Shown: piece by piece, positions 1-12,834 of the stretch
Position numbering within the stretch: position 1 is the first letter of the stretch
Layout of the letters: each line of letters begins with the position of its first letter
Source: Chiloscyllium plagiosum
Lineage: Eukaryota
Direction of reading: 5' to 3'
Assembly (NCBI RefSeq): GCF_004010195.1
Contig: NC_057760.1
Location: forward strand, 4,392,522 to 4,456,521
Length of the DNA: 64,000 nt
The notes under the pieces: model-generated
What the model saw: only the letters and a program-made list of their open reading frames with translations
Told to the model about the DNA's origin: nothing
The model's database searches: none
Translations under genes and position numbers: made by a program

Positions 1-72
1 AAGGGTGGTAGGGGCACAATGAGGAACCATCACCACTTCTTGATTCTTATTTTGACATTTTTTTGTCCGCAG

Positions 73-237
73 TGATCCCAACAATAAGGCAGAATCGACA
101 CAGTCTTGCTGGGCCACAGTTTGTGGGGTCACGGCAGGAGGCTGCAGATCGAGTTCCTGTACGAAGGAGCAACACCATGCCACCCAACCTGGGCAATGCT
201 GGAATTCTGGGAAAGCTGCTGGAACAGCGAGGGAACG
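73..237 (+). CDS. SHKBP1: SHKBP1 internal coding exon (first in window)
   Basis: cgcag|TG ... AAC G|gtgggt, 165 nt, phase 1-1. Encodes NRHSLAGPQ...[23 protein letters not shown], matching the SHKBP1-specific post-BTB linker (not KCTD3). Confidence 0.92.
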
Positions 238-1328
238 GTGGGTGCAGGGTCACACACTACGTGAACACTATTTCAGAAGTCTGTCAACAAGTCTCTGCAA
301 CTCCTCCTCTGTTCCCAAAATGTTGGTCCTGAGGCCAAGAAGGCCCTTGCTCGATTATGACCTTTGACCTTGGCAGTCGGGACTCTGCTGGAACTGAATT
401 TCATGCCTGAACTATTGGGGTAGAAATAGGGTGTAAGTGTGCAACTCTGTGCCTGGTGATATTGGCTGGGAATGATTGAGAAATGAAGGCTGGTATTTGG
501 AGGAGGGATTCAAAAGCAGCATTGCCATTATCATTGCCACTCGGTTTAAAAGCAGCAAGGGATCCAAGTGGCTGTAATCCCAGAGGTACATGGGCTGCTC
601 GCTTGTTAGAGAAGGTTGACTGTTGTGAGTTTAACCAGAGGCACAAGGCAAAGAAGATGGTCCCTTTACAGTGATCTCAGCTGGTATTGGAATTGGCCCT
701 GTTGGTGTTACTCTGCATCACAGCCACCAAGCCTAATTGATCCCATGAAGCTGTTTGTACTTCAGTCTCAGAGGAATGAATATTATGAAAGTTACCAGAC
801 AATACACCTTCTGGTTATTGATTAACTCTCAAGGCTTGTATCACCAGCAAGGTCTGTATTTTGTTGTTGCCTTTGTGAGTGTCTATCTGTAGTCTGTGGT
901 TGTCGACACCCATAGCCCCGACTGAGAGTAAGTTTTGAGCTTGACAAAGTAACAGAAGGAACTGGAGGATGGTATGCAACTGTGAACTGGAGGTTGTGGG
1001 GGATGGGCTGCTGTCCTTGTCGAAAAGCATTACATTTGGGTTGGAGCCTTTTGGCCAGGGCTGGTGGTGGTGCTCACTACATCTGGTTAAAATTCTCTCA
1101 TGCATAGATCTTTTAGAATTGTATTGAACTCGGTGCAGCACAGGGATGGGAGCAGGAGTTCTCCCAGGATGCGCTTAACAATTCCCAAATCACCAGTGGG
1201 AGTTGCTTACTGGAATGAATAAAGATGTGATCAGAAGGAATGTTCCAGCTCTGAAACTGGATGCACTCAGCTGGTTATATGGAGCGAGTTCACCCTGGGC
1301 ACTAAGTGTTTCCTTCCCCTTGGTACAG

Positions 1329-1419
1329 GTTCGATAGCCAATCCTGGGATGGTGCGGATTGTCCGAGGACATCACAACTGGATTGCAGTGGTCTACACCC
1401 AATTTGTGGTGTGTTACAG
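1329..1419 (+). CDS. SHKBP1: SHKBP1 coding exon
   Basis: tacag|GT ... TAC AG|gtgagt, 91 nt. Encodes [26 protein letters not shown]. Confidence 0.95.
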
Positions 1420-1559
1420 GTGAGTGTGCAAAACCCAAATTGAGTGTCACTTAGTGTACCTTGTAATTGCCTCAGCTTTCCTCTTTGGCTTCGAATGGCC
1501 TTTCAGCCCATTGCGTCAGTACGGTCAAAACTCTGTTAAATTTACTCTAGCCCCACTTT

Positions 1560-3840
1560 CCAGCAATTGGCCCAAAGCCTTGAATGTTGTGACATTAAGT
1601 GTTCATCCAAGTACTTATAAAAAGTTGTAAAGTTTCCATCTTGCCTTCCCTTCCAGATGGTGCATTCCAGATCCCCACACTCCCCTCGATGAGAGGGATT
1701 TCCTGACATCCCCTTAAACCTCCTGCCTTCTTTAAAGTGATGCCCCCTTGTTATTTTCCCTTTATCTAGGCGGAACAGTTGCTTCCTGTTCACTCTGTTC
1801 ATGTCATCTTATAGACCTCTGAGGTTCTGCCTGGTATAAAGAAAACAACACTGTTGGGGGATTCCTTGCTTTTAGGGAAGGTGGAGGAGAGGAAGACCCT
1901 ACTCTGTGAGGGGCAACCTCTTCTCCATTTCTTTCTCTCCGCCACCCCCCCCCCCCAAAAAAAAACCCCAGCATAAGGCCTGACTATCTGAGGTCAGGAT
2001 TTCACAGGCACCCTCTCCTTACTGGCTCCTCATTCTCTTCTGTTTTGTCTCTGTCAGACTGAAGGAGTCATCTGGCTGGCAGCAGGTATTCTCCAGCCCA
2101 CGATTAGATTGGGTCATTGAACGTGTGGCACTGAATGCCAAGGTCATGGGCGGATCCCTGGGTGACAACGACAAGATGGTGGCTGTGGCCTCATGCAACG
2201 AGATTATCCTGTGGGCCATTCATGAAGGTGGCACCGGGAATGAGATTGGTATGATGCTTTCATCCTGAATCACTGCTTCACAAGCAAATGTGACTTGAAC
2301 CCTGCCTGTCTCTGCCTGCCTGCTGGTCTGCTATTTCAGCTATGACATGCAGTCATTGTGCCAACAACTGGCTCTCAGAAACATCATGGTGCAGAAAAAG
2401 CCATTCACACAGTGTGTCTGTCTGACTCTACTGGCTCACTGAGCATTTTAACTTCATGCAAATCTCCTGCCTTTCCCCATATTCCTTCGCATTGTTTCCA
2501 TTTAAAAACCATCCAATACTTTCTTGAATGCCTCCATTAAACCTGTCTCCACCACGTTTCCAGGTGCTGCATTTCATACCCAAATCTTTCATACCCTACT
2601 GTGGAGAAAAGTATTTCCTCGCCTTCCATGTTTCTTTTGCAAAACACTTGAAAAGAGTGCCGTTGTCTTCTCCATTCATTTGCATTCAGCAGCTGCTCTC
2701 TCCACACCCCTTGGATATTGAAAGCCTCTGTCAGATCATTTTTTGAGCATTCCCCTCTCCAGGGAAAACACTCCAAACTTCTCCAATTAGTGGTCATAAT
2801 TGAAGTTTCAAATCCATGGAGGAATTCTCTGTACAGAAGAGGGCTATCTGATATATTCATATCCATCCTACAGCATGACACACAACTGGTCATAATACTC
2901 CAGCTGATGTCTAACCAGTGTCTTGTATAAATTCATTATACTCTCCTTGCTGTCATACTCTGTGCCCAATTCATGAAACATAGGGTACTTTTGTTTTATT
3001 GACAACACCTTCTGCCTGTCCTGGCACCTTTAACAACTACATGTCCATCCAGGTTTGTCATACACAACATTTAGAGCAGTTCCCTTTATTTTGTCTTGTA
3101 TTCACTTGTTCTTTGTACCAAAGTACATCATGCATTTCCAAGTGTTACCCAGTGACCAGCAGGATCTTGTTTGGGTGGGCGATTGAGCCACACCCTGCTG
3201 CTGATCATTGACAAGCTTCTCCTGTGAGTGCTGTGGTTACTGGGTGAAATGAGATCCCAGTTGGTGTCACTGACTCTCCCTGTTTAAATGTCAACGCTAT
3301 CAGTAGAAAATTGGGCAGATGCTATGGGTTTCAGACCTGTACCCCAGTGAGAGTCCATGCCAGTGGGTCAGAGCATCATAGAGTCCTGTAGCAGGAGACG
3401 GTCCACACCGACCAAAATGTCCATCAACGCTGACCCCATTTCCCTGCACTTGTCCCATATCCTTCCAAACCTTTCCGATCTATGTATTTCTCCAAATGGC
3501 TTTTAAATGTTAATGGACCGGCCTCAATCACTTTCGCTGGCAGCACATTCCACACATGTGCCACCCTCTGTGTAAAAAAAAAAAAAAAAAAAAAAAAGTT
3601 GCCCCTCCGGTTCCCTTTTATTCTTTCCCTTCTAACCTTAAGCTGATGCCCTCTCGTCCTTGATTTCCTCAACCCGAGGAAAAAAATTGTGTATTCACCC
3701 TATCCGTGCTTCTCGGAACTTATTCATTTGTGTAAGATCCCCCTCGATCTCCTATGCTCTTTTTTAAAAAAAAAAGTCCTAGCTTGTCCAACTTTCTCTG
3801 CATCACTGACCCTTTGAGTCCTGGCAACATCCTTGTAAAT
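1560..3840 (-). mobile_element. Several decayed CR1 3' fragments in SHKBP1 introns (~1560-1840, ~2350-3130, ~3375-3840)
   Basis: Remnant CR1 ORF2 tail peptides such as SRTRGHQLKVR...FTQRVAHVWNVLP. The span includes the exon at 2058-2248. Confidence 0.75.
2058..2248 (+). CDS. SHKBP1: SHKBP1 coding exon
   Basis: gtcag|A ... ATT G|gtatga, 191 nt. Encodes [28 protein letters not shown]...[17 protein letters not shown]. Confidence 0.95.
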
Positions 3841-3849
3841 TGTCTCTCT

Positions 3850-4607
3850 TCTCTTGTGCTCTCTTGTGCTCTCTTGTGCTCTCTTGTGCTCTCTTGTGCT
3901 CTCTTGTGCTCTCTTGTGCTCTCTTGTGCTCTCTTGTCGTGCTCTCCCTCCCGTGCTCTCCCTCCCGTGCTCTCCCTCCCGTGCTCTCCCTCCCGTGCTC
4001 TCCCTCCCGTGCTCTCCCTCCCGTGCTCTCCCTCCCGTGCTCTCCCTCCCGTGCTCTCCCTCCCGTGCTCTCCCTCCCGTGCTCTCCCTCCCGTGCTCTC
4101 CCTCCCGTGCTCTCCCTCCCGTGCTCTCCCTCCCGTGCTCTCCCTCCCGTGCTCTCCCTCCCGTGCTCTCCCTCCCGTGCTCTCCCTCCCGTGCTCTCCC
4201 TCCCGTGCTCTCCCTCCCGTGCTCTCCCTCCCGTGCTCTCCCTCCCGTGCTCTCCCTCCCGTGCTCTCCCTCCCGTGCTCTCCCTCCCGTGCTCTCCCTC
4301 CCGTGCTCTCCCTCCCGTGCTCTCCCTCCCGTGCTCTCCCTCCCGTGCTCTCCCTCCCGTGCTCTCCCTCCCGTGCTCTCCCTCCCGTGCTCTCCCTCCC
4401 GTGCTCTCCCTCCCGTGCTCTCCCTCCCGTGCTCTCCCTCCCGTGCTCTCCCTCCCGTGCTCTCCCTCCCGTGCTCTCCCTCCCGTGCTCTCCCTCCCGT
4501 GCTCTCCCTCCCGTGCTCTCCCTCCCGTGCTTGCTCTCCCGTGCTCTCCCTCCCGTGCTCTCCCTCCCGTGCTCTCCCTCCCGTGCTCTCCCTCCCGTGC
4601 TCTCTCT
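3850..4607. repeat. Compound pyrimidine-rich tandem repeat: (CTCTTGTGCT)n then (GTGCTCTCCCTCCC)n
   Basis: About 9 copies of a 10-mer followed by more than 40 near-perfect copies of a 14-mer. Confidence 0.98.
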
Positions 4608-4650
4608 CCATTAACTCAACCCCATACCCTTCCCAATTCCTCTCTTGCAG

Positions 4651-4766
4651 GAACCTTTAGTCTGGGGGTCCCTGTGGAAGCTCTGTTCTTTGTGGGGAAT
4701 CAACTGATTGCGACAAGCCACACTGGGAAAGTCGGGGTCTGGAATGCAGTGACCAAACACTGGCAG
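4651..4766 (+). CDS. SHKBP1: SHKBP1 coding exon
   Basis: ttgcag|GA ... CAG|gtagtg, 116 nt. Encodes [37 protein letters not shown]. Confidence 0.96.
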
Positions 4767-4851
4767 GTAGTGACTCCATTCCACTCCTCCCTCTGAGAAA
4801 TCTGTCTCCCCTTCACTCCTCCTTCCCTCTCACACCTACTTTCTCCCACAG

Positions 4852-4939
4852 ATTCAGGATGTTGTTCCGATAAACAGTTACGACACAGCTGGTTCCTTGT
4901 TGATCCTGGGGTGTAATAACGGATCGATTTACTACATCG
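4852..4939 (+). CDS. SHKBP1: SHKBP1 coding exon
   Basis: cacag|ATT ... ATC G|gtaagt, 88 nt, after an 85-nt intron. Encodes [29 protein letters not shown]. Confidence 0.95.
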
Positions 4940-5649
4940 GTAAGTGACCCATTTTAACGTGACAATGCCCATTTCCTTTTCTGACACAGAGCAGATATTA
5001 CAGGAGAGATGTCACCATATGTTGGAAGGATTTGAGATTTACAAGGATGTTGCCAGGGAATGGATAGGATTGGACAGGTTGGGATTATTACCTATGGAAC
5101 ATAGGCTCTGGGGAATGTTCAGTTGCGGCAAACAAAGTTCTGATGGCCAGAGACTGATTTCCTTTAGACAGCCCAATAACCAAAGGCACAGATCTAAAGC
5201 AATTCTTGAAGGATTAGATTAGATTAGATGGATGCAAAAGAAATTCTCATTGGGACTGGTGAGTCTCTGGAACTCTGCTTGAAAGGCTGACCGGGACAGA
5301 AACCCTTAGTCCAAAGATGTGTAAGGTAGGTGGGTTGGCTGTGGGAAAGACAGGATTACAGGGATATGGTCTGGGTGGCTCAGTATGGACTTGATGGACC
5401 GAATGTCCTGCTTCCACGTGATAGAATCCCTCTCATATTTAACCAGTTCATGCACAAAGTGCTGAAATCTGTGGGGGCTGCAGACCAAGAGCTGGAAAGT
5501 GGGATTGGGTTGGATGGACGTTTTCTATTTGGCTAATAAAGAGACTGTGGGCTGAGTGGTCCCTTGCTGTAAATATTCTGAGAGAATTCAGTGACCGTTC
5601 TCCTTCAAGGCTTTGGCTGTCTCATTTTGGACTGATGTTTGTTTTGCAG

Positions 5650-5766
5650 ATGTCCAGAAGTTTCCGCTGCGGATGAAGGATAATGACCTCCTTGTAACAG
5701 AGCTTTACTGTGATCCTTATGAAGATGCGATCACAGCTCTCAGTGTCTATCTCACCCCAAAAACCA
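5650..5766 (+). CDS. SHKBP1: SHKBP1 coding exon
   Basis: ttgcag|AT ... ACC A|gtcagt, 117 nt. Encodes [39 protein letters not shown]. Confidence 0.96.
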
Positions 5767-6379
5767 GTCAGTATTCACTTCATTGCTCTTTGGCTGCTAT
5801 TGTACAAAGGCTAAATCTTCCATTTTAACTTGAATGGATCACCTTGGCAGATTTATGACTGAAAGGAAGCTGGAAATGTCTGAGCTGCTGACATTTACTC
5901 CAATGCCACTTCAATAGTCAAAGAGTCTGTATTTAAAGAGCAGAGCTTCTTTTCATTCCAGATCGCTACCTCCAATAAACCAACTCTTTGCTGTTTCAGG
6001 GGTCTGCTGTGTGCAAATGCCTTGTCATATCTTCCCAAATGTGAGATTTCTGGTGATTTTATAATCTGACTGACTATATGTAGATATTACCAGTAAATTG
6101 AAGTCTATTTATTCCTCTGCGCTGGATGCTGTAATTGCAGTAAGTCTGATCAGCAGCTGGTGGCAGTATTGACCATTGATCAGAGATGCAGTGCTGCTAA
6201 ATGAGGGATATTTCACTGTAGACAACAGCAATGAATCACAAGCCAGTCATTTCCTCTTGTTTTGCTGTGATTCTCGGGCATCCTGCCACAACAGACTAAA
6301 TGATGAGAATGAATTGACTGTCCCTGTGGCACAGGAAGTAATGTCTGAGTTTTTAGCTAGTATTAGTATCTTGTGATTT

Positions 6380-7060
6380 ATTTCCTAATGCCTGTCCCTA
6401 ATTGCTCCTGAAGTTTGGGGTGAGTTGCCTTCTTGAACTGCTGCAGTCCATGTGCTGTTGATAGACTTTCAATGCTGTAAGGGAGAGAATTCCAGGACTT
6501 TGACCCAGTGACAGTGAAGGAATTGTGATATATTTCCAAGTCAGGATGGTGAGTAGCTTGAAGGTAGTGGTGTTCCCATGTATCTCTGCCCTTGTCCTTC
6601 TCGATCAGTGGTTATGGGTTTGGAAGGTTCTGTCTAAAGACTTTTGGTGAATTTCTGCAGTTCATCTTATAATGGTACACACTGCTGCTCCTGAGCATCA
6701 GTGGAGAGAGAGTGGGTGTTTATATATGTGGTGATAATCAAGTGGGCAGCTTTGTCCTGGATGATGTCTATCTTCTTGAGTGTTGTTGGAGCTGCACCCA
6801 TCCATGTGAGTGGGGAGTATTCTGTTACACCCTGACTTGTGCTTTGTAGACGAGAGACAGGCTTTGGGGAGTCGGGAGAGGAGTTACTCACTCCCTAGTA
6901 TCTGACCTACTTTTGGAGCCAGAGTATTTTATAGCTTGTCCAGTTGAGTATCTGGTCCATTGTAACCCCCAAGATGTTTATGGGGGATTCCATTATGATA
7001 ATGTTGCTGAATGTCAAGCGATAGAGGTTAGATTCTCGCGTTAGAGATGAGCATTGCTGA
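6380..7060 (-). mobile_element. L2/CR1-clade LINE 3' fragment
   Basis: Remnant peptide EYSPLTWMGAAPTTLKKIDIIQDKAAHLI. Same family as 43500-45770 and 58190-59300. Confidence 0.8.
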
Positions 7061-7065
7061 GCTCT

Positions 7066-7695
7066 TGTATGGACCAGACCAAACTCCCTCAAAACATATT
7101 ATGAAGAAAGCCTAGACCCCAACTACTACTTACGTTTAAAGGCAAGTGTAAGGTATTGTATTCTAGATGCAATTCAATTGGTCAGAATAGCAGGCTTGAA
7201 GCAAAATACATTTTATTCTTACATTGTAATTAAATTGGTAAGAAAGAATTAGAATAACTTAACAGAATAATAGATAGCTTAACAACTAAATAGCAACTGT
7301 TCCAATGTAGTAACATACCATAAACACAGCCTTGCCAAAGGCAAATTCAGTAAAATATATTATCTTGCGTATAATTCTCTAGTCCAGGAAGAAAGTCTTG
7401 ATGTTCTGTGTGAAAGAGGACTTGAATGTTTTGCTGTAGCGGGAAGAGATTTATAGAGGTTTCCAAACTCCAGCAGCTACTGAAAGTTAAACTAAAATGC
7501 TGGTTCTGAGAGAGCTTGAACCCCCACCTAGTCAGGCTGCTTCTATTGTTCCAACTTTGAAAAAACAACCGCAAGGCCCCCCCAAGCTGTTTCATGGCTT
7601 AAAACAGACCACTTGGTGCCTCTGTCTCAACGTCTCTTCATTTCAAAACAAAAACCAAGACAAAATACACCTCTTAAAGCCATACTATTGTCACA
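7066..7695 (-). mobile_element. Possible solo LTR
   Basis: A ~630-bp block bounded by TG...CA that abuts the LINE fragment, with AATAAA on - at ~7212. No convincing TSD seen. Confidence 0.35.
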
Positions 7696-8114
7696 CCCAT
7701 CATTGAGAGCAGAAAAATGAATCCGTTATTGGTTACATGATATACCTTCATCATTTTCCATGTTATCAGGTAGATGCTAGTGTTGTAGTAGTAGCAGAAC
7801 AGCTTGTCTGGGGGTCTGGCATATTCTGGAGCACAAATCCTCACTACTTTTGCTGGAATGTTGCTATTGAATAGAAATTGCTATTAATCATACAGTTTCC
7901 AAAGATCATTTAAATGTGAGTACAGTTTAATTATAGCATTTGGTATCTGAGCTGACTGATAGAGGAGCTGTTGATTGGAATTACATAAAATGTAATCTCT
8001 AAGTAACAATGTGATAATGCACGTCGACTTGTTCCAGGGTTACAGCCTTCAGTGCCATGCTCTCTGAAGTCTAACAATTAAACTTCAGTCAGTGTTTTGC
8101 ATGATTTGTCCTAG

Positions 8115-8285
8115 GTGACAGTGGGAACTGGATTGAGATTGCATATGGGACAAGTTCCGGAATGGTCCGTGTGATTGTGCAGCATCCCGAGACAGTGGGG
8201 TCTGGCCCACAGCTCTTTCAGACATTTAGTGTCCATCGCAGCCCAATCACAAAGATCAAACTCTCTGAGAAAAACCTCATCTCAG
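8115..8285 (+). CDS. SHKBP1: SHKBP1 coding exon
   Basis: cctag|GT ... TCA G|gtagga, 171 nt. Encodes [37 protein letters not shown]...LSEKNLIS. Confidence 0.96.
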
Positions 8286-8369
8286 GTAGGAAACTTCTCT
8301 TTCTTGCTGTTTCCAGAACCACGGGTCAGCAGTTACTCCCTTCCTGTAGTCCGGCCCATTCCTTACTTG

Positions 8370-9365
8370 TGCAGCACAGAAATAAACCCTTTGGTCCAAC
8401 CCTACTGCCAGCCATAATCTCAAACTAAACTAGTCTCATTTGTCTGCATTTGGCCCATATCCCTCCAAACATTTCTTATTCATGTACCCAGACAAATGTA
8501 TTTTAAACATTGTAATGGTACCCACATTTTCCACTCCCTCTGGAAATTCACTCTATGCACGAACCACTGTGCTTTTAAACAAAAAAGGTTGCTCCTCATG
8601 TCTTTTTGAAACTTTTTCCTCTCATCCTGAAAATATGCCCTCTAGTTATGAAATCCCCCATCCTAGGAAAAGACAGCTACAATTTGTCTTATCTATTCCC
8701 CGTATGATTTTATAAACCTCCTTTTAAGGTCACTCTTTAACCCCCTATGTTCTAGTGGAAAGAGTCCCAACCTATCTAGCCTCTCCCCATAACTCAAACC
8801 CAACATTACCTGTAACATCCTTGTAAATCTGTTCTGAATCTTCTTCCTATAGCAGGGTGACCAGAACTGCACACAATACTCCAGAAGAGACCTCACCAGC
8901 ATTCTGTACAAACATGTCCCAACCTCTATATTCAAAGGTCTGAGCACAGAAGGCAGCATGCTAAATATTCTTGACTACCCTTATTACATGTAACGCTAAC
9001 TTCAAATAATTACTTATCTGAACCCCTAGGTCTGTCTGTTCTACAGTATGACCCAAGGCCCTACTTTTAATGGTATAAGTCCTGCCCTTGTTTGTTTTAG
9101 CAAAGTGCAATGCCTCACATTTATCCAAATTAAGGTCGCACCTGCCACTCGTCAGCTCATTGGCCCAATTGATCAAGATCGGTTTGTAATTGTAGATAAC
9201 CTCCTTCACGGTTTACTATACCACTGATTTTGGTGTCATCCACAAACTTGCTAACCATACTTTCTATATTCTCATCCATATCATTTATATAACGACAGAC
9301 AAAAGTGGACCCAGTAGCGATTCCTGTGGAATGCCACTGATCACAGGCCTCTCGTAAAATAAAAA
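8370..9365 (-). mobile_element. CR1 LINE RT 3' part
   Basis: YINDMDE...VSKFVDDTKI and LEYCVQFWSP peptides. Confidence 0.9.
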
Positions 9366-9368
9366 CAA

Positions 9369-9460
9369 CCACCCTCGGACTCCACCCTCGGACTCCACCC
9401 TCGGACTCCACCCTCGGACTCCACCCTCGGACTCCACCCTCGGTCTCCACCCTCGGTCTC
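9369..9460. repeat. 13-bp tandem repeat (CCACCCTCGGACT)n
   Basis: About 7 direct copies at the edge of the CR1 fragment. Confidence 0.95.
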
Positions 9461-9720
9461 CTACTGTCAAGTTAGTTTTGTATCTAGTTAGCAAGCTCTC
9501 TCCGAATCCCATGTGATATGCGGGGCTAGTCCATGGATTATGCTCTTTCCCATCCCCAGTCTCCCCCCAACGTATCAAATCCATGTGTCTGTTTTGGAGC
9601 TAGCATTAGGATGAGGTTAAAATTGTGAAGCCTCCTACAGATGAATAGTATGGGGCTTTTAAGGCACGTGATCAATTTGTCTGAAAAGCTGGAAGTGGTG
9701 AGGTATGTGTTTTTATTTAG

Positions 9721-9876
9721 TCTGTGCAGATAGTAACCATGTTCGGACGTGGACTGTGACCAGATTCCGTGGCATGATCTCCACACAGCCTGGCTCAACT
9801 CCACTGGCATCATTTAAAATCCTGTCCCTGGAAGATTTGGATGGTCACGGAGGATGTTCGGTGGGATTGGAAATCG
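9721..9876 (+). CDS. SHKBP1: SHKBP1 coding exon
   Basis: tttag|TC ... ATC G|gtaaga, 156 nt. Encodes [47 protein letters not shown]. Confidence 0.96.
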
Positions 9877-11039
9877 GTAAGAGGCAGTAAGACTGTTATG
9901 GAAGTGTAGGGCTGAGTCCAGACCCTGCAAACTCTCCAGGTAACAGGTGAAACAGCAGTAAGGGTTTCTCTCTGATCTCCCAGAGTGTGTAACTTGTCCA
10001 TGTCACCCGCACTCTAATTGCCCCTCCTGCTCCCCGACTCTCCCATCTGCTGTCGGTGTTTCTCAGATGCAGCTAGTGAAGGTAACTTGTTTTATCCCTC
10101 ATTTGGTTTTCTCTCTAAACCAAACTAGCAGCCAGGACTCAGTCAGTATTGGTATTATTGGGATACTGTTGATGATGGACAATGAAGACCCCACCCAGAA
10201 TATAATGTCCTTGCTACCTTTTTCAACATGGATGAGTTACTGGTCCATCATCTAAGGGAGGGCGGTATGTGGTAATCAGCAGGAGATTTCCTTGCTCATG
10301 TTTAACCTCCAGCCATGGGACTTCATGGGGTCTGGAGTCAATGCTGAGGACTCCCAGGGAAACACTCTCCTGACTGTATCCCACTGTGCTTCCATCTCTG
10401 CTGGGTCTTTCCTGCTGATGGGAAAGACCTATCCAGGGATGGTGATGGTGGTACAAAAACAAAATTACTTCAGATGCTGGAATTCTAAAATAAAAGAGAA
10501 AATGCTGGAAACACTCCGCAGGTCTGTCAGGTTCTGTGGAGAGAGAAATTGAGTAAAATGCTCAGCTCGCGATGACCGTACAGTGATGTAGGTTAGGATT
10601 AGTGTTATAGCCTCAGAGTACAACAGGATGTTGTTTCCAAAGTCTGAGGGGCAGCTCTCCCGATTCTCCCAGTTCTCAGATGTTGGGTACAATAACTTGT
10701 TAAAGTCAGGAGGGCAGAGCACGTGTGTTATTCCTGGTACCCCAGTTGATGCTGGGTGTTCCATCGAGTTTGATCCTTTTCCAACTTTTCTGCAGCAGTA
10801 CAGTACTGGGAAAGGGCTTTCTGAACTATTTCTGAGGGCTGCCAAGAGCTAACTACATTGCTGGAAACACATGGAGTCAGACCATATCAGAATGACAGCC
10901 TTCCTTCACTGAAACCCAAATGCATTTTACAGAAAGCCTGACACTTCCTGATCATTATTGCGGTGAATAACTTCCTACTGTGTTGTAACGTGCTTTCTAT
11001 TTTCCCCCACCTCCCCCACCACCACCCTCTCTGTTACAG

Positions 11040-11136
11040 GCCCATTTGGGGAACGAGATGATGAGCAGGTTTTTATCCAGAAAGTTGTTCCTGACACGAA
11101 TCAACTCTTTGTGCGACTATCCTCAACAGGCAAGAG
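11040..11136 (+). CDS. SHKBP1: SHKBP1 coding exon
   Basis: tacag|GC ... AAG AG|gtaaag, 97 nt. Encodes [33 protein letters not shown]. Confidence 0.96.
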
Positions 11137-11332
11137 GTAAAGGAGCCCTCAAGAACCACAAAACTTGGCCAGACAAGCCCAGCTAATAGAGATAAACTGC
11201 AAAGTACTTTCCAGAACAGTGCAAACAGGTCAATTTTTAAGAAGTCTTTGAAAGAAAAAATTTGGGACCAGGCAGCTGCAGATACCTTGGAAGGATTTAA
11301 AACCAGGCAGCTTTCAACCGGCAAGAATTAAA

Positions 11333-11586
11333 GGAGGAGGTGACATTAGGGGAGAGGCATTGGGGCTGGAGGAGCTGACAGTAGAGGAGAGGCATTGGGG
11401 CTGGAGGAGGTGACAGGGGAGAGGCATTGGGGTGGAGGAGCTGACAGTAGAGGAGAGGCATTGGGGCTGGAGGAGGTGACAGTAGGGGAGAGGCATTGGG
11501 GCTGGAGGAGGTGACAGTCGGGGAGAGGCATTGGGGTGGAGGAGGTGACAGTAGGGGAGAGGCATTGGGGTGGCGGAGGTGACAGG
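11333..11586. repeat. ~35-bp G-rich minisatellite
   Basis: Unit GGAGGAGGTGACAGTAGGGGAGAGGCATTGGGGCT, about 7 copies. Confidence 0.95.
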
Positions 11587-11994
11587 AAGGGTTGAGGTCA
11601 TGAGATATTGGCAAACGTGACCAAGAATTTTAAAATCAAAATGCTATTTTTATCCATTGTGAGCTTGGAGGTGACAAGTGAAGAGGGAATTGGTGCAGGT
11701 TAAGAGACAGGAAGAGTTTTCAAGTTGCTTATGATTATGGCGTTGATTGTGTGAAAGTTACTAGATATGGCCTTAGGTGGAAGTGGGGTGTGGGTATGTT
11801 TGGGGGCAGTGGGAATCTGTAGCTGAGGCGTGTTTTGCAGGGGAAAAGGCTTGCAAATTCCTGCCTTGGGTGAGGAGCTGAAATCTGAGGGGGTGGAATT
11901 TGAGAGGTGAGAGAATTTCAACAGAGATGTTGCTGTTCAGGTTGCACATTAAAAAACGGTCCCTTACTATTGGACATAAAATGGTACAATGTGA

Positions 11995-12150
11995 CCTTTT
12001 GAGGAAGAGCCAGAGAGTTTACCCAGAAGTCCTGGTCAGTCACCAGCACAGACTAGTCATCATCATACTGCTGTTTGTGGGATCTTGCTGTGCATGAATC
12101 TAATGCAGTGTCTTTCATGACAGCAGTGCTGATGCTGCAGAAGGGGTTCC
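11995..12150 (+). mobile_element. Decayed DeuSINE-like (SacSINE1/AmnSINE1-like) fragment
   Basis: ctgctgtttgtgggatcttgctgtgca core, recognised from memory. Related pieces at ~29360-29420 (+) and ~50255-50290 (-). Confidence 0.5.
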
Positions 12151-12597
12151 ATGGGAGCAGGTCAGAGGCACTGGGACAGCGTGACAAACTCAGTAGAGGA
12201 GTAAGGGAGAAGCAGATTTAACCACTTGTGGGCCAATCACTGAACACCAAAGTGAAGTCATGGCCAGTTGGGGATGTATCTCCTAGTTCAATTCTGGGAG
12301 CCTCCAGCTGATCATGTTATCCTGATGACTGACTGATCAATTGGGTGAGATTGAGGATCAAATAGAAATGTCAGAAGTTAATATGTGAGAAATCCTTCAA
12401 GAAACCACAAGCTCATTACTTCTTTGTCTATGTCTCTTCTTCCTCCTCCTACTCCCTCACCTCACCTTCCCCTCCCATCCTGCCCTTCTTCGTCGCACTC
12501 CCTTCCCTTGCCCCCAACTTCCACTTCCCCATGTCCTCTCTCACTGTCCCCATTCTCGTTGTGCCCCACCCCGGAGTCTGGGTTATCTTCCCCACAG

Positions 12598-12782
12598 GAT
12601 CTGTGAGATTTCCTCCGTGGATGGCACCGCAATCACTGCATTTACTGTACACGAATGTGAGGGTTCAAGCCGCATCAGCTCTCGTGCCCGTCGCTACCTC
12701 TTCACCGGACACACTGATGGCAGCATCCAGATGTGGGATCTTACCACTGCGATGGAGACATCTGGCAAGGCAGCCAAGAGAG
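12598..12782 (+). CDS. SHKBP1: SHKBP1 coding exon
   Basis: cacag|G ... AGA G|gtctgt, 185 nt. Encodes [52 protein letters not shown]. Confidence 0.95.
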
Positions 12783-12834
12783 GTCTGTGGGCAGTTGGGG
12801 ACATGAGGGAATGGGGTTCAGAGTCATCATGCAG

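Noticed and set aside
3724..4796. Four long ORFs (268-318 aa) on both strands
   Set aside because: They are translations of a stop-free tandem repeat. Only 4651-4766 is a real exon.
11297..11614. Pro/Cys-rich ORFs
   Set aside because: Translations of the 35-bp minisatellite.
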